A DNA stretch of 32,000 nt from Mycobacterium tuberculosis H37Rv (GCF_000195955.2 NC_000962.3:3780001-3812000), one strand, 5' to 3'; counted from the stretch's first letter, positions 8,621-19,242 are shown. Numbers and translations are program-made. The notes: generated by a model from the sequence alone, not told the origin.

Positions 8621-10048
8621 ATGACCGATGCTGACAGTGCGGTCCCTCCCCGACTCGACGAGGACGCGATCTCGAAACTCGAGCTGACCGAGGTCGCCGA
8701 CCTGATCCGCACCCGGCAACTGACGTCGGCAGAAGTGACCGAGTCGACGCTGCGGCGTATCGAAAGGCTTGACCCCCAGCTGAAGAGCTACGCCTTCGTC
8801 ATGCCGGAAACTGCGCTAGCGGCGGCACGTGCCGCCGACGCCGACATCGCGCGCGGCCACTACGAGGGTGTCCTGCACGGCGTACCGATCGGCGTGAAGG
8901 ATCTCTGCTACACGGTCGACGCCCCGACCGCGGCCGGCACCACCATCTTTCGTGACTTTCGCCCGGCATACGACGCGACGGTTGTCGCGAGGTTGCGCGC
9001 GGCCGGCGCGGTGATCATCGGCAAGCTGGCCATGACGGAGGGGGCCTATCTCGGCTATCACCCCAGTCTGCCGACCCCGGTCAATCCCTGGGACCCGACA
9101 GCGTGGGCGGGCGTGTCCTCGAGCGGCTGCGGCGTGGCCACCGCGGCGGGATTGTGCTTCGGCTCGATCGGGTCGGACACCGGGGGGTCGATTCGCTTTC
9201 CGACGAGCATGTGCGGCGTCACCGGGATCAAACCGACGTGGGGCCGGGTCAGCCGTCACGGCGTCGTCGAACTTGCGGCAAGCTACGACCACGTCGGGCC
9301 GATCACCCGTAGCGCTCACGATGCGGCGGTATTGCTCAGTGTCATAGCGGGATCCGATATCCACGATCCCTCGTGCTCGGCGGAGCCCGTTCCGGACTAT
9401 GCCGCCGACCTCGCCTTGACACGGATTCCGCGTGTCGGGGTGGACTGGTCGCAGACGACGTCGTTTGACGAGGACACCACGGCGATGCTGGCCGATGTCG
9501 TCAAAACGCTCGACGACATCGGATGGCCCGTCATCGACGTCAAGCTGCCCGCGCTTGCGCCGATGGTGGCAGCGTTCGGAAAAATGCGCGCGGTCGAAAC
9601 GGCGATCGCGCATGCCGACACCTACCCGGCGCGCGCCGACGAGTACGGGCCGATCATGCGCGCAATGATCGACGCCGGACACAGGCTGGCTGCGGTGGAA
9701 TATCAGACGCTGACCGAGCGGCGTCTGGAATTCACGCGATCGCTGCGTCGCGTGTTCCACGACGTGGACATCCTGCTGATGCCCAGCGCCGGAATTGCCT
9801 CGCCCACACTGGAAACCATGCGCGGGCTCGGACAAGACCCGGAGCTGACCGCCAGACTGGCGATGCCGACAGCACCGTTCAACGTCAGCGGTAATCCCGC
9901 GATATGCCTACCGGCGGGAACGACGGCGCGCGGAACGCCGCTCGGCGTCCAGTTCATCGGCCGTGAATTCGACGAGCACTTGCTCGTCCGAGCCGGCCAC
10001 GCATTTCAGCAAGTCACCGGGTATCATCGCCGACGCCCGCCGGTGTGA
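8621..10048 (+). CDS. amiD: Amidase-signature family enzyme AmiD, 475 aa
   Basis: [82 protein letters not shown] amidase signature. Confidence 0.92.
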   Translation: MTDADSAVPPRLDEDAISKLELTEVADLIRTRQLTSAEVTESTLRRIERLDPQLKSYAFVMPETALAAARAADADIARGHYEGVLHGVPIGVKDLCYTVDAPTAAGTTIFRDFRPAYDATVVARLRAAGAVIIGKLAMTEGAYLGYHPSLPTPVNPWDPTAWAGVSSSGCGVATAAGLCFGSIGSDTGGSIRFPTSMCGVTGIKPTWGRVSRHGVVELAASYDHVGPITRSAHDAAVLLSVIAGSDIHDPSCSAEPVPDYAADLALTRIPRVGVDWSQTTSFDEDTTAMLADVVKTLDDIGWPVIDVKLPALAPMVAAFGKMRAVETAIAHADTYPARADEYGPIMRAMIDAGHRLAAVEYQTLTERRLEFTRSLRRVFHDVDILLMPSAGIASPTLETMRGLGQDPELTARLAMPTAPFNVSGNPAICLPAGTTARGTPLGVQFIGREFDEHLLVRAGHAFQQVTGYHRRRPPV

Positions 10049-10155
10049 AAAACCCTCGGCCGCAAAAGGCTTGCGAATGTCGCACCGAAGGTCGCGGCGA
10101 ATCGCCTTACTGGTATGTTTACGAACACAATCTGTGGCCATCAAGGGAGGACGCG

Positions 10156-10809
10156 TTGAGCATTAGCGCGGTTGTTTTCGACCGTGACGGTGTGCTCACC
10201 AGCTTTGACTGGACACGTGCCGAGGAGGATGTGCGGCGAATCACGGGCCTACCATTGGAGGAGATCGAACGCCGCTGGGGTGGGTGGCTCAACGGATTGA
10301 CTATCGACGACGCGTTCGTTGAAACCCAGCCAATTAGCGAGTTCCTCTCGAGCCTGGCGCGCGAGCTCGAGCTCGGTTCGAAGGCAAGAGACGAGCTAGT
10401 GCGCCTCGACTACATGGCGTTCGCCCAGGGATATCCAGACGCGCGTCCAGCCCTTGAAGAAGCCCGGCGCCGTGGCCTCAAGGTCGGTGTTCTCACAAAC
10501 AACAGCCTGTTGGTCAGCGCCCGCAGCCTCCTTCAGTGCGCCGCTCTGCACGACCTCGTCGACGTCGTGCTGAGTTCGCAGATGATCGGAGCTGCCAAGC
10601 CTGACCCGCGGGCCTATCAAGCGATCGCGGAAGCCCTCGGCGTCTCGACAACGTCATGCCTGTTCTTCGACGACATCGCCGACTGGGTTGAGGGCGCACG
10701 GTGCGCGGGCATGCGCGCGTACCTCGTGGACCGTTCCGGACAAACTCGCGACGGCGTCGTTCGCGATTTGTCCAGCCTTGGAGCGATCCTGGACGGCGCG
10801 GGACCATGA
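10156..10809 (+). CDS. HAD-superfamily hydrolase (Rv3376-like), 217 aa, TTG start
   Basis: [17 protein letters not shown] (DxDGxLxxF), [55 protein letters not shown]. Start preceded by a GGGAGG-type RBS. Confidence 0.87.
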
Positions 10810-10847
10810 CCGAACGTGACGAGCCGGACATCGCCGACAGGGACGCC

Positions 10848-12353
10848 TCATTGGTTACTCTCATCGACCAGCCGCAGTGCACTTAGGATGGCAGCCTTAA
10901 CTACCGTCGCCGAGCAGTAAAGTGTCTTGGCAATCCACAACGGCGCGTATGGCGGTTCGCAGTGTTGCGATAGCCACCCACCCGCGCGACTGATCTGCGC
11001 CGACAAGGATGTGCCGCTGTGCCTCTGCCAATGCGCCAGAGCTTGAATGCAATATGCTGTCTCTTCCGCAGTCGCTTGGCCGTCGAAAAATCCCCACGAG
11101 CCATCGGGCCTCTGCGTATTAAGAATCCACCCAATCGCATCTGAGCATAGGGCATCATCATAGTTACTGGCAGCACATATCAGATGCGCAGTCGTATAAT
11201 ATGCCGATCGGTGCCACTTATCCCGCCAGCAGAACCGTCCAGGCTCCTTGCTTGATCGGATGAATTCCAGAACCTTTCGTACTCGTGGATGACATTTGTC
11301 GTAGCCCGCCTGCTTCAACGCACCGAGCACGTGGACGTTCGTCGATATCGAGGGGCCGACTTCGTGAAAGTAGGTACGGAACCAATCGGCGTCTTCGAAT
11401 TGTAATACGGCTCCGATATCCGGCGACCGTCCAAACTTCGACAAAACATCGTAGGCCACACTTGTGGTGTCACAATCTTCCAAGGTGGAATTTCCTGTCC
11501 ACCCCACACCTCGACCACGGACCCAATGTTGTTCGACATGGTCAAGATAGGGTAGGTACGTACGAACGATCTCAGGATCGGACAAATCAATATCCGTACG
11601 CGAGAGATTCCATAGAGACCAAACAATTTCAAAAATCTCGGCTTGATAGAAGGCCGGCGCACCGCCATCGCCGGCTTGAATTATCGATGAGATGTACGCC
11701 AAGGCCCGCTTGTCTCCTGGTTTAACATGTAACGCGAAGTAGGCTGACGCTGATGGCGAATACTTGACCGATCCATTTGTCTCCTGCAAGTTATCGACAT
11801 CCAACATACCGACACCGTCTTGGCCGGCCAGTTCTACGGAGAAAGCTGCGGTGATATGTTTATTGATTTTGCTTCCGCCGAGTTTTCTCAACTTCTGCTC
11901 ACGCACTCCGACAAGCTCGCCGAGGATGGATTCCTCGTGGCAAATGGCAAGGCCAAGTCGCGCCGCCTCAGCCATCAGCGTAGGTGCGATTAACTCAAAC
12001 CCGACGGTTGCGTCTTTTATATCAAGTTGAGGGCCTTCGAAAGCACCCGAGGTAAGGTTCTTCAGGGCTAGCAAGCCTTTTTCAACTTGCGCTGCGCGCC
12101 TCCGACGATGCTTATTCGACGTGAGGCTGATCATGGCCGCCAAAGTGGAGAGCAGTCGATCTTCGTAGCAGAAAGGGAACTCGGCTCCCCATGAGCCGTC
12201 AGGAAGCTGGCGCTCGCAAAGCCAGTTGAGGGCGAGGTCGCTTAGCTCATCATCGAGCTGGCCCAGCTTCGCGACCCACGCGGTGTCATAGGCTGTGCTC
12301 GAGATGCCGTTGCCTAGTGCCGCTTTCGCTAGCAGAGTCCTGAAAGTCTCCAT
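10848..12353 (-). CDS. Class II diterpene cyclase, tuberculosinyl (halimadienyl) diphosphate synthase (Rv3377c), 501 aa
   Basis: METFRTLLAKAALGNGISSTAYDTAWVAKL; terpene cyclase acid motif STLEDCDTTSVAYD; QW-like repeats QLPDGSWG, QRPDGSWGFF. Confidence 0.95.
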   Translation of the reverse strand: METFRTLLAKAALGNGISSTAYDTAWVAKLGQLDDELSDLALNWLCERQLPDGSWGAEFPFCYEDRLLSTLAAMISLTSNKHRRRRAAQVEKGLLALKNLTSGAFEGPQLDIKDATVGFELIAPTLMAEAARLGLAICHEESILGELVGVREQKLRKLGGSKINKHITAAFSVELAGQDGVGMLDVDNLQETNGSVKYSPSASAYFALHVKPGDKRALAYISSIIQAGDGGAPAFYQAEIFEIVWSLWNLSRTDIDLSDPEIVRTYLPYLDHVEQHWVRGRGVGWTGNSTLEDCDTTSVAYDVLSKFGRSPDIGAVLQFEDADWFRTYFHEVGPSISTNVHVLGALKQAGYDKCHPRVRKVLEFIRSSKEPGRFCWRDKWHRSAYYTTAHLICAASNYDDALCSDAIGWILNTQRPDGSWGFFDGQATAEETAYCIQALAHWQRHSGTSLSAQISRAGGWLSQHCEPPYAPLWIAKTLYCSATVVKAAILSALRLVDESNQ

Positions 12354-12357
12354 ACCA

Positions 12358-13248
12358 TCAGCCCTCCGCGAACCAGATTCCATCATGAACACAACCCACA
12401 CCGAAAACTCTGTCAGGCTGGGCTCGATATCTGTTGCGCAGTACATTGAGCTGATCGGCCGACATCGCTGAATAGTCAGGTTTGGGCCGGAAATGACGGA
12501 GATAGATATGATCGTACAAGATCCTCCGGAGCGTTGTTTCGGTCATATAGTATGAGGGAGCAACGGTGAAGTATAGACTCGTTTTTCCTGAGCTGAGCAG
12601 CGGAAAATCGAAAGTGCTGAAACGCCCAAATCCGATGAACATGTCAGCCTTGTCAACATACTCGCCGTAATAACCTTCGATAATCTCTCTCCGCGTGGGA
12701 GGTTTACCATGCGTTTCGTTCCACGAGATAGAAAACTGCGCAACAGACTCAGCCGCATCGTTGCCAAAAACACCGAAGCATAGTCTGTGTTCAGTGTTGG
12801 ATGACGTAGAGATTGTTAGGTCATCGAATGACTTGACAACGGCTGCCCCTTGCGCGGTCGAAGGCAATCTTTTCTTATAATCACCATAAAAAAGAACGTG
12901 GACCTCGTGTTCTTTATAGAACGACAGAATTTCCTCGTCGTTGGCAAGCAAGGCCATCCCTTCGAGCGCCTGTACGATATATCGATCACCACGATCCAGA
13001 AGATCGTCGCTAAAGATTGGCGAGATTACTGTTTCGATGCCGTGCTCGAAGAGCATCTTCAGAATACGAATTGATTGACGCAAGGCGGCCTGCTGATAAT
13101 CGTCGTACTGCGGATTACATTCGAGGTGAAACCAGCGGCGTGTGCCATCGAAGGGAAAGACGGATACCTTCGGTCCACGGCAACGTACAATCTCTGCTAC
13201 GGATACTAGAGGAAGATCCAAGAATTCTTTTTCGCTAACCAAGTTCAT
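12358..13248 (-). CDS. Tuberculosinyl adenosine transferase / diterpene synthase (Rv3378c), 296 aa
   Basis: [43 protein letters not shown]...; recognised protein, immediately upstream of the class II cyclase in the same operon. Confidence 0.93.
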
Positions 13249-13256
13249 GCTTCCTC

Positions 13257-15057
13257 TTAATAACTATCGCCGGAATCAGGATGGTCTTCGGGTCCAGGGA
13301 CTTCATGTAGTGCGTTAAGTAGTGATTTGCATCTTATGCGGATTGCGGGGCCGGTGAGTCCGTGGCTGGAAAGGATGTGGTCGCGGCTGGCGTGGGGAAT
13401 GTAGGCCGGTGGCAGTCCCAGTGTGTAGGTGCGCGTCCGCGGGTGTGTCCGCCCGATGTGGTGGCTAAGGTGCGCGCCGATTCCCACGTCGGCAATCGCA
13501 TCTTCGACACACACGGTGATCCGATGGCGGCCAGCCAGCTCGGTCAGTGCCGGGCTGATTGGCCAGACCCATTGTGGATCAACGACTGTCACCCCGATCT
13601 GCTCCTCGCTGAGGCACCGGGCGGCGTCCATGCATGGTCGACTCATGGCACCCACTGCGACCAAGAGCACGTCGGGTCGCCAATGCGGTGGTGGTGTATG
13701 CAAGACGTCGAGGCCACCGATGGTGTGTTCGGCCGTGATCGGTTCGCCCGGCGCCCCTTTGGGGAAACGCACGGCGGTGGGAGCCGCGGTCGCGATCGCG
13801 GTACGCAACTGTTGTCGTAGCCGAGGCGCGTCGCGCGGACAGGCGATCTGAAACCCGGGCACGCAGGCCAGCAGCGCCAGATCCCACAAACCGTGATGGC
13901 TGGGTCCGTCGGGCCCGGTTACCCCAGCCCGGTCCAGCACCAGCGTCACGGGTAACCGGTGCAGCCCGATGTCGAACAGAAGTTGGTCAAAGGCGCGGTG
14001 CAGAAACGTCGAGTACACCGCGACAACGGGATGGGTTCCCGCGGCAGCTAGCCCGGCCGCGCTGGCCAACAGGTGTTGTTCGGCGATGCCCGAATCGAAC
14101 ACCCGATGCGGGTATCGCCTCGACAGCGCGCCTAGACCAGTGGGCAGACGCATCGCCGCGGTCAGCCCGACGACGTCGGATCGGTCGTCAGCAATGCGCG
14201 CGATTTCGTCCTCGAACACGTCGGTCCAGCTCCGCTGACTGGGTGTGCTAGCGAGGCCGGTGGCAATGTCGACCACCCCGCAGGCGTGCATATGGTCCCT
14301 CTCGTCAGCTTCGGCTGGAGGATAACCCCGGCCCTTACTAGTCACTGCGTGAACAACAACGGGCCTAGCTGCCGCGGCCGCTTTTCGTAGAACCGCGCAC
14401 GTGTCGGGGATGTTGTGCCCATCGACCGGACCGATGTAGGTAAATCCCATGTTCTCAAAGAGGTTCGGCCCTCGGGGTGTGCCGACGCGAAGTTCTTCTA
14501 GGTGTGCCGCAAGAGCCCCAGCGGTGGGGTCGTAGGAGCGGCCATTGTCATTGAGCACGACGATCACGGGCCGGGTAGCGGCACCGAGGTTGTTCAGGCC
14601 CTCCCATGCCACGCCCCCGGTGAGGGCGCCATCACCGATCACCGCGATGACACGTCGGTCGCATTGCCCCTGCAGGGCCAATGCTTTGGCGATGCCGTCC
14701 ACCCAGGCGAGGCTGACCGAGGCATGGGAGTTCTCGACCCAGTCATGTGGCGATTCATGGCGGTTGGGATACCCCGATAGACCATCGGCCTGGCGCAGCG
14801 TGGCGAAGTCTTTACCGCGGCCGGTGAGCAGCTTGTGCGGATAGGTTTGGTGCCCGGTGTCGAACACCGATGTCGTGTGGCGAGGTGAACACCCGATGCA
14901 ATGCGATGGTCAGCTCTACCATGCCAAGTCCCGCGCCGAGATGGCCACCGGTAGCCGTCACTGTTTCTATGAGCCGCCGACGCATCTGCACGGCCAGCTC
15001 TGGCAGCTGGCTTTCGGGCAATGCCTGCACATCGCAAGGTCCGCCGATCGCGGTAAT
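13257..15057 (-). pseudogene. dxs2: 1-deoxy-D-xylulose-5-phosphate synthase paralogue dxs2, frameshifted and with its first ~13 codons cut off by IS6110 (annotatable 536-aa ORF is 13257..14867)
   Basis: Main [58 protein letters not shown]...VYSTFLHRAFDQLLFDIGLHRLPVTLVLDRAGVTGPDGPSHHG. Its missing N-terminal segment [59 protein letters not shown] lies in a different frame directly upstream. Confidence 0.88.
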
Positions 15058-15099
15058 TGAACCGCCCCGGTGAGTCCGGAGACTCTCTGATCTGAGACC

Positions 15100-15984
15100 T
15101 CAGCCGGCGGCTGGTCTCTGGCGTTGAGCGTAGTAGGCAGCCTCGAGTTCGACCGGCGGGACGTCGCCGCAGTACTGGTAGAGGCGGCGATGGTTGAACC
15201 AGTCGACCCAGCGCGCGGTGGCCAACTCGACATCCTCGATGGACCGCCAGGGCTTGCCGGGTTTGATCAGCTCGGTCTTGTATAGGCCGTTGATCGTCTC
15301 GGCTAGTGCATTGTCATAGGAGCTTCCGACCGCTCCGACCGACGGTTGGATGCCTGCCTCGGCGAGCCGCTCGCTGAACCGGATCGATGTGTACTGAGAT
15401 CCCCTATCCGTATGGTGGATAACGTCTTTCAGGTCGAGTACGCCTTCTTGTTGGCGGGTCCAGATGGCTTGCTCGATCGCGTCGAGGACCATGGAGGTGG
15501 CCATCGTGGAAGCGACCCGCCAGCCCAGGATCCTGCGAGCGTAGGCGTCGGTGACAAAGGCCACGTAGGCGAACCCTGCCCAGGTCGACACATAGGTGAG
15601 GTCTGCTACCCACAGCCGGTTAGGTGCTGGTGGTCCGAAGCGGCGCTGGACGAGATCGGCGGGACGGGCTGTGGCCGGATCAGCGATCGTGGTCCTGCGG
15701 GCTTTGCCGCGGGTGGTCCCGGACAGGCCGAGTTTGGTCATCAGCCGTTCGACGGTGCATCTGGCCACCTCGATGCCCTCACGGTTCAGGGTTAGCCACA
15801 CTTTGCGGGCACCGTAAACACCGTAGTTGGCGGCGTGGACGCGGCTGATGTGCTCCTTGAGTTCGCCATCGCGCAGCTCGCGGCGGCTGGGCTCCCGGTT
15901 GATGTGGTCGTAGTAGGTCGATGGGGCGATCGGCACACCCAGCTCGGTCAGCTGTGTGCAGATCGACTCGACACCCCACCGCAA
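15100..15984 (-). CDS. IS6110 OrfB transposase (DDE, IS3 family)
   Basis: RLWVADLTYVSTWAGF, DVIHHTDRGSQYTSIRFSERL, SYDNALAETINGLYKTELI. Confidence 0.96.
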   Translation of the reverse strand: MRWGVESICTQLTELGVPIAPSTYYDHINREPSRRELRDGELKEHISRVHAANYGVYGARKVWLTLNREGIEVARCTVERLMTKLGLSGTTRGKARRTTIADPATARPADLVQRRFGPPAPNRLWVADLTYVSTWAGFAYVAFVTDAYARRILGWRVASTMATSMVLDAIEQAIWTRQQEGVLDLKDVIHHTDRGSQYTSIRFSERLAEAGIQPSVGAVGSSYDNALAETINGLYKTELIKPGKPWRSIEDVELATARWVDWFNHRRLYQYCGDVPPVELEAAYYAQRQRPAAG

Positions 15985-16034
15985 ACCATCGGGGCCCTCG
16001 CGGTGGCCCTGATGATCGGCGATGAACCGGGTAA

Positions 16035-16361
16035 TTAGCGTGCTGGCCGGTCGAGCTCGGCCGCGAAGAAAGCCGACGCGGTCTTTAAAATCGCGTTCGC
16101 CCTTCGCAATTCGGCGTTGTCCCGCCGCAAGCGCTTCAGCTCAGCGGATTCTTCGGTCGTGGTCCCGGGCCGTGCGCCGGCATCGACCTGCGCCTGGCGC
16201 ACCCACTTACGCACCGTCTCCGCGCAGCCAACACCAAGTAGACGGGCGACCTCACTGATCGCTGCCCACTCCGAATCGTGCTGACCGCGGATCTCTGCGA
16301 CCATCCGCACCGCCCGCTCACGCAGCTCCGGCGGGTACCTCCTCGATGAACCACCTGACAT
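16035..16361 (-). CDS. IS6110 OrfA, 108 aa
   Basis: MSGGSSRRYPPELRERAVRMVAEIRGQHDSEWAAISEVARLLGVGCAETVRKWVRQ HTH domain; overlaps the programmed-frameshift region. Confidence 0.95.
   Translation of the reverse strand: MSGGSSRRYPPELRERAVRMVAEIRGQHDSEWAAISEVARLLGVGCAETVRKWVRQAQVDAGARPGTTTEESAELKRLRRDNAELRRANAILKTASAFFAAELDRPAR
16083..16090 (-). promoter_or_regulatory. Programmed ribosomal frameshift slippery sequence joining OrfA and OrfB
   Basis: + strand CTTTAAAA, i.e. TTTTAAAG on the coding strand, within the OrfA 3' part just upstream of the OrfB frame. Confidence 0.75.
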
Positions 16362-16447
16362 GACCCCATCCTTTCCAAGAACTGGAGTCTCCGGACATGC
16401 CGGGGCGGTTCAAATCAAGTCCCCGCGTCCGTTGCGAATCGTGGTTG

Positions 16448-17437
16448 TCATTGCGCGCGAACCTGTTTGGGAAGGCCGAATCGCACCGTCTCGGTCGCTA
16501 TCGAGCGTTCCACCACGGTGATCGAGGCGTATCCGCGAAGTGCATCAATCACCTGCCCCACCAGTCGTGGCGGCGCGGAGGCTCCCGCGGTGACACCGAT
16601 CGTCGAGACCGACGACAGCCATTCGGGCTCAATGTCATCAGGCCCGTCAATCAAGTAGGCCGGCGTCCCACTTCGCTGCGCCAACTCGACCAGACGCCGC
16701 GAATTCGACGAATTGCACGAGCCAATCACCAACACAACGTCACATTCACCGACCATCGATTGCAGCGCACGCTGTCTGTTCGTGGTGGCATAGCAGATGT
16801 CTTCAGAGGGGGGTTGGCCCAACGTCGGAAACCTCGCGCGCAGCGCATCAATGACATCGGCAGTTTCATCAAGTGCCAGGGTTGTCTGGGTCAGATACGA
16901 TAGCTGGGTACCCTCGGGCAGGTTCAACGCTGCCACATCAGCGGGTGTCTGCACCAATAATGTTGACCGCGGAGCGACGCCAAGCGTGCCTTCGGTCTCC
17001 TCATGTCCGGCGTGCCCGATGAAGACCACCGTGTCACCGCGCGCGGCAAACCGTGCGGCTTCAGCGTGGACTTTCGCCACCAGTGGGCAGGTCGCGTCGA
17101 CGACCTGCAGTCCCCGCTCATCAGCGCCCGCGCGCACCGCCGGGGAAACCCCATGCGCGGAGAACACCACGACCGCCCCCGGCGGCGGCGGATCGGGAAT
17201 CTCGTCGAGATCCTCGACGAACACTGCTCCCCGGTCCCGCAACTCGGCAACCACAACAGTGTTGTGCACGATTTGCTTGCGCACATACACCGGGCCTTCG
17301 GCCACGTCAAGCACTCGCTTGACCGTCTCGATAGCACGCTCTACACCGGCGCAAAACGACCGCGGCGACGCCAACAGCACCGTGACTTCACCCGAAGCGT
17401 ATCCCTGTGCGACCGGTCCCACGAACACCTCAGCCAT
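16448..17437 (-). CDS. lytB1: 4-hydroxy-3-methylbut-2-enyl diphosphate reductase paralogue (LytB1/IspH1), 329 aa
   Basis: [62 protein letters not shown]: three Fe-S cysteines in IspH contexts. Confidence 0.95.
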
Positions 17438-18489
17438 CAGCACTCCCGGCGACATATCAGTTGCGACAACGCGATCAGGTCTGGGGATCGCACCGCATCG
17501 GGCAGTGCCGCAATAGCAGCCTGGATGCGTTCATCGGCGCATCGCTGCGCCACATGACCACCCCCGGCCACCTTGACAAGCGCGGTAGCCCGCTCGACAT
17601 CGCTTGCTGTCATTGCGGCAGGTGCTTGATAGAGGGCCGCCAATTCGGTCGCCGCTTCGGATCGCGAGTTCAGGGCGGCAACAACTGGCAGTGTCGCCTT
17701 ACGTCGGGCAAGGTCGTTGCCGACCGGCTTTCCCGTCACACCAGGGTCACCCCAGATGCCGATCAGATCGTCGACGCATTGAAACGCAAGACCCAACTCA
17801 TGGCCAAAACGCTCCAACGCAGCAATCGTCGCGTCGTCTGCATTGGCCACTAAAGCTCCCAGAGCGCAACAACAACCGGTCAGGGCGGCCGTCTTGCCCG
17901 CGGCCATCCGCAGATAGTCATCGACTGTAACTTCGGGCTGTCCCTCCAATAAACAATCCTCAAACTGGCCGATACACAAGTCCAGGCACGACATCTGCAA
18001 TCGCCTTATCGCCCTGACCGCCACACACTCGTCGGTCAGGCCGGTCAGTATCCGAACGGCCGTGGCGTGCAACGCATCTCCCAACAGGATCGCGACGCCC
18101 ACACCCCACACACTCCATACCGTCGGCCGTCCCCTGCGAGTCGCATCCCCATCCATCACATCGTCATGCAACAACGTGAAGTTGTGCACCAACTCCACAG
18201 CCGCCGACACCGGAGTAGCATCACCGACATCACCACCGCAAGCCGCGGCCGCCGCGTAGACAAGGGCGGCGCGAAAATACTTGCCCGACGATCCTGCCGC
18301 TGTGGATCGATCGGCGTTCCACCAGCCAAGGTGATATCCCGCCATCGTCGCCAACGGCTCGCGCATCGACTCAATGGCCCGATGCAGCACAGGGCCACAA
18401 TCCGCTCGAGCCCGTTCTAACAATGCTTTCCCAAGGTCAGCAGGGACACTCCCCAGAAAAGCCGCATCCAGAGTCAATACGCCTCCCAT
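17437..18489 (-). CDS. idsB: Polyprenyl (geranylgeranyl-type) diphosphate synthase IdsB, 350 aa
   Basis: First Asp-rich motif [23 protein letters not shown]; second motif [33 protein letters not shown]. Confidence 0.94.
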
Positions 18490-19242
18490 TCTTAACCTCA
18501 CCGGAGCAACAGTGAGTCGCTATTTTCAGCGAACGAGCAATCGGCGATATTGCTTCACTTCGGAGATACCCAAATATTTCAAATATCAACGCAACATGTA
18601 CCTATGCCCGTCGACCAACACGACCATCAGGGTTGTTAGCAATGATCTCGGAATTCGAGTTGTCCAGACGCCCCGGGTCATCCACTACAGAAAGACACGC
18701 ATACCCTGCGGCGACCTATACTTCCCATCACGGCGGGTAGGTTGCCTTCGACAATACTGCAACATTCAATTGCCTGGCCTTTCTCGGAGTATCTTGCGGA
18801 CTTGAAGCTCACACATCGGCCGGCGTCGAACGCCTCACGCTGCAGAGCAGTTTAGTGGATTTCATCAGCATCGGATATGCATAATTGAAACCACAGCACT
18901 TTCATAAACAGTGTCCAGATGATTTACACCTAATTTGGGCGGCGAATGCTACGCAATGGTGGTGCGCTTCCCAAGGGAGCACAACGCGAAGCTAAAGCAG
19001 TTGCACGCCGAGACCGAGCCGAAAGGTCGCCCTGCGGGGAAGGCGGCCACGGGAGAATTGTGAGCTCGGCGGTCGACCACGACGTACCCGCCACGCCGTA
19101 GTAATGGGCATTTGTACATGTACATTCGCACACAAGGAGAGGTCTTGACGTATCTATTCCCTCTCTGCGCGATCGCGGCGGAGGCGGCGGCAACCAGCCT
19201 GTTCAAGGGCAGTTTCGGGGACTTTCGCGTCTGCTCGCCGGG

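Larger units (their letters stand above)
15058..16412 (-). mobile_element. IS6110: Complete IS6110 (IS3 family), 1355 bp, with 3-bp target duplication AAT
   Basis: Left end TGAACCGCCCCGGTGAGTCCGGAGACTCT and right end (reverse complement) TGAACCGCCCCGGCATGTCCGGAGACTCC; flanking AAT at 15055-15057 and 16413-16415; orfA and orfB inside. Confidence 0.98.

Noticed and set aside
16397-17557. + strand ORFs opposite lytB1 (168, 239, 184 aa)
   Set aside because: Antisense to an intact IspH with all Fe-S cysteine motifs.
10156-18489. Claim that the terpene cluster is a previously undescribed system
   Set aside because: Rv3377c/Rv3378c and tuberculosinyl-adenosine biosynthesis are established; only the dxs2 lesions and IS-context observations may add detail.
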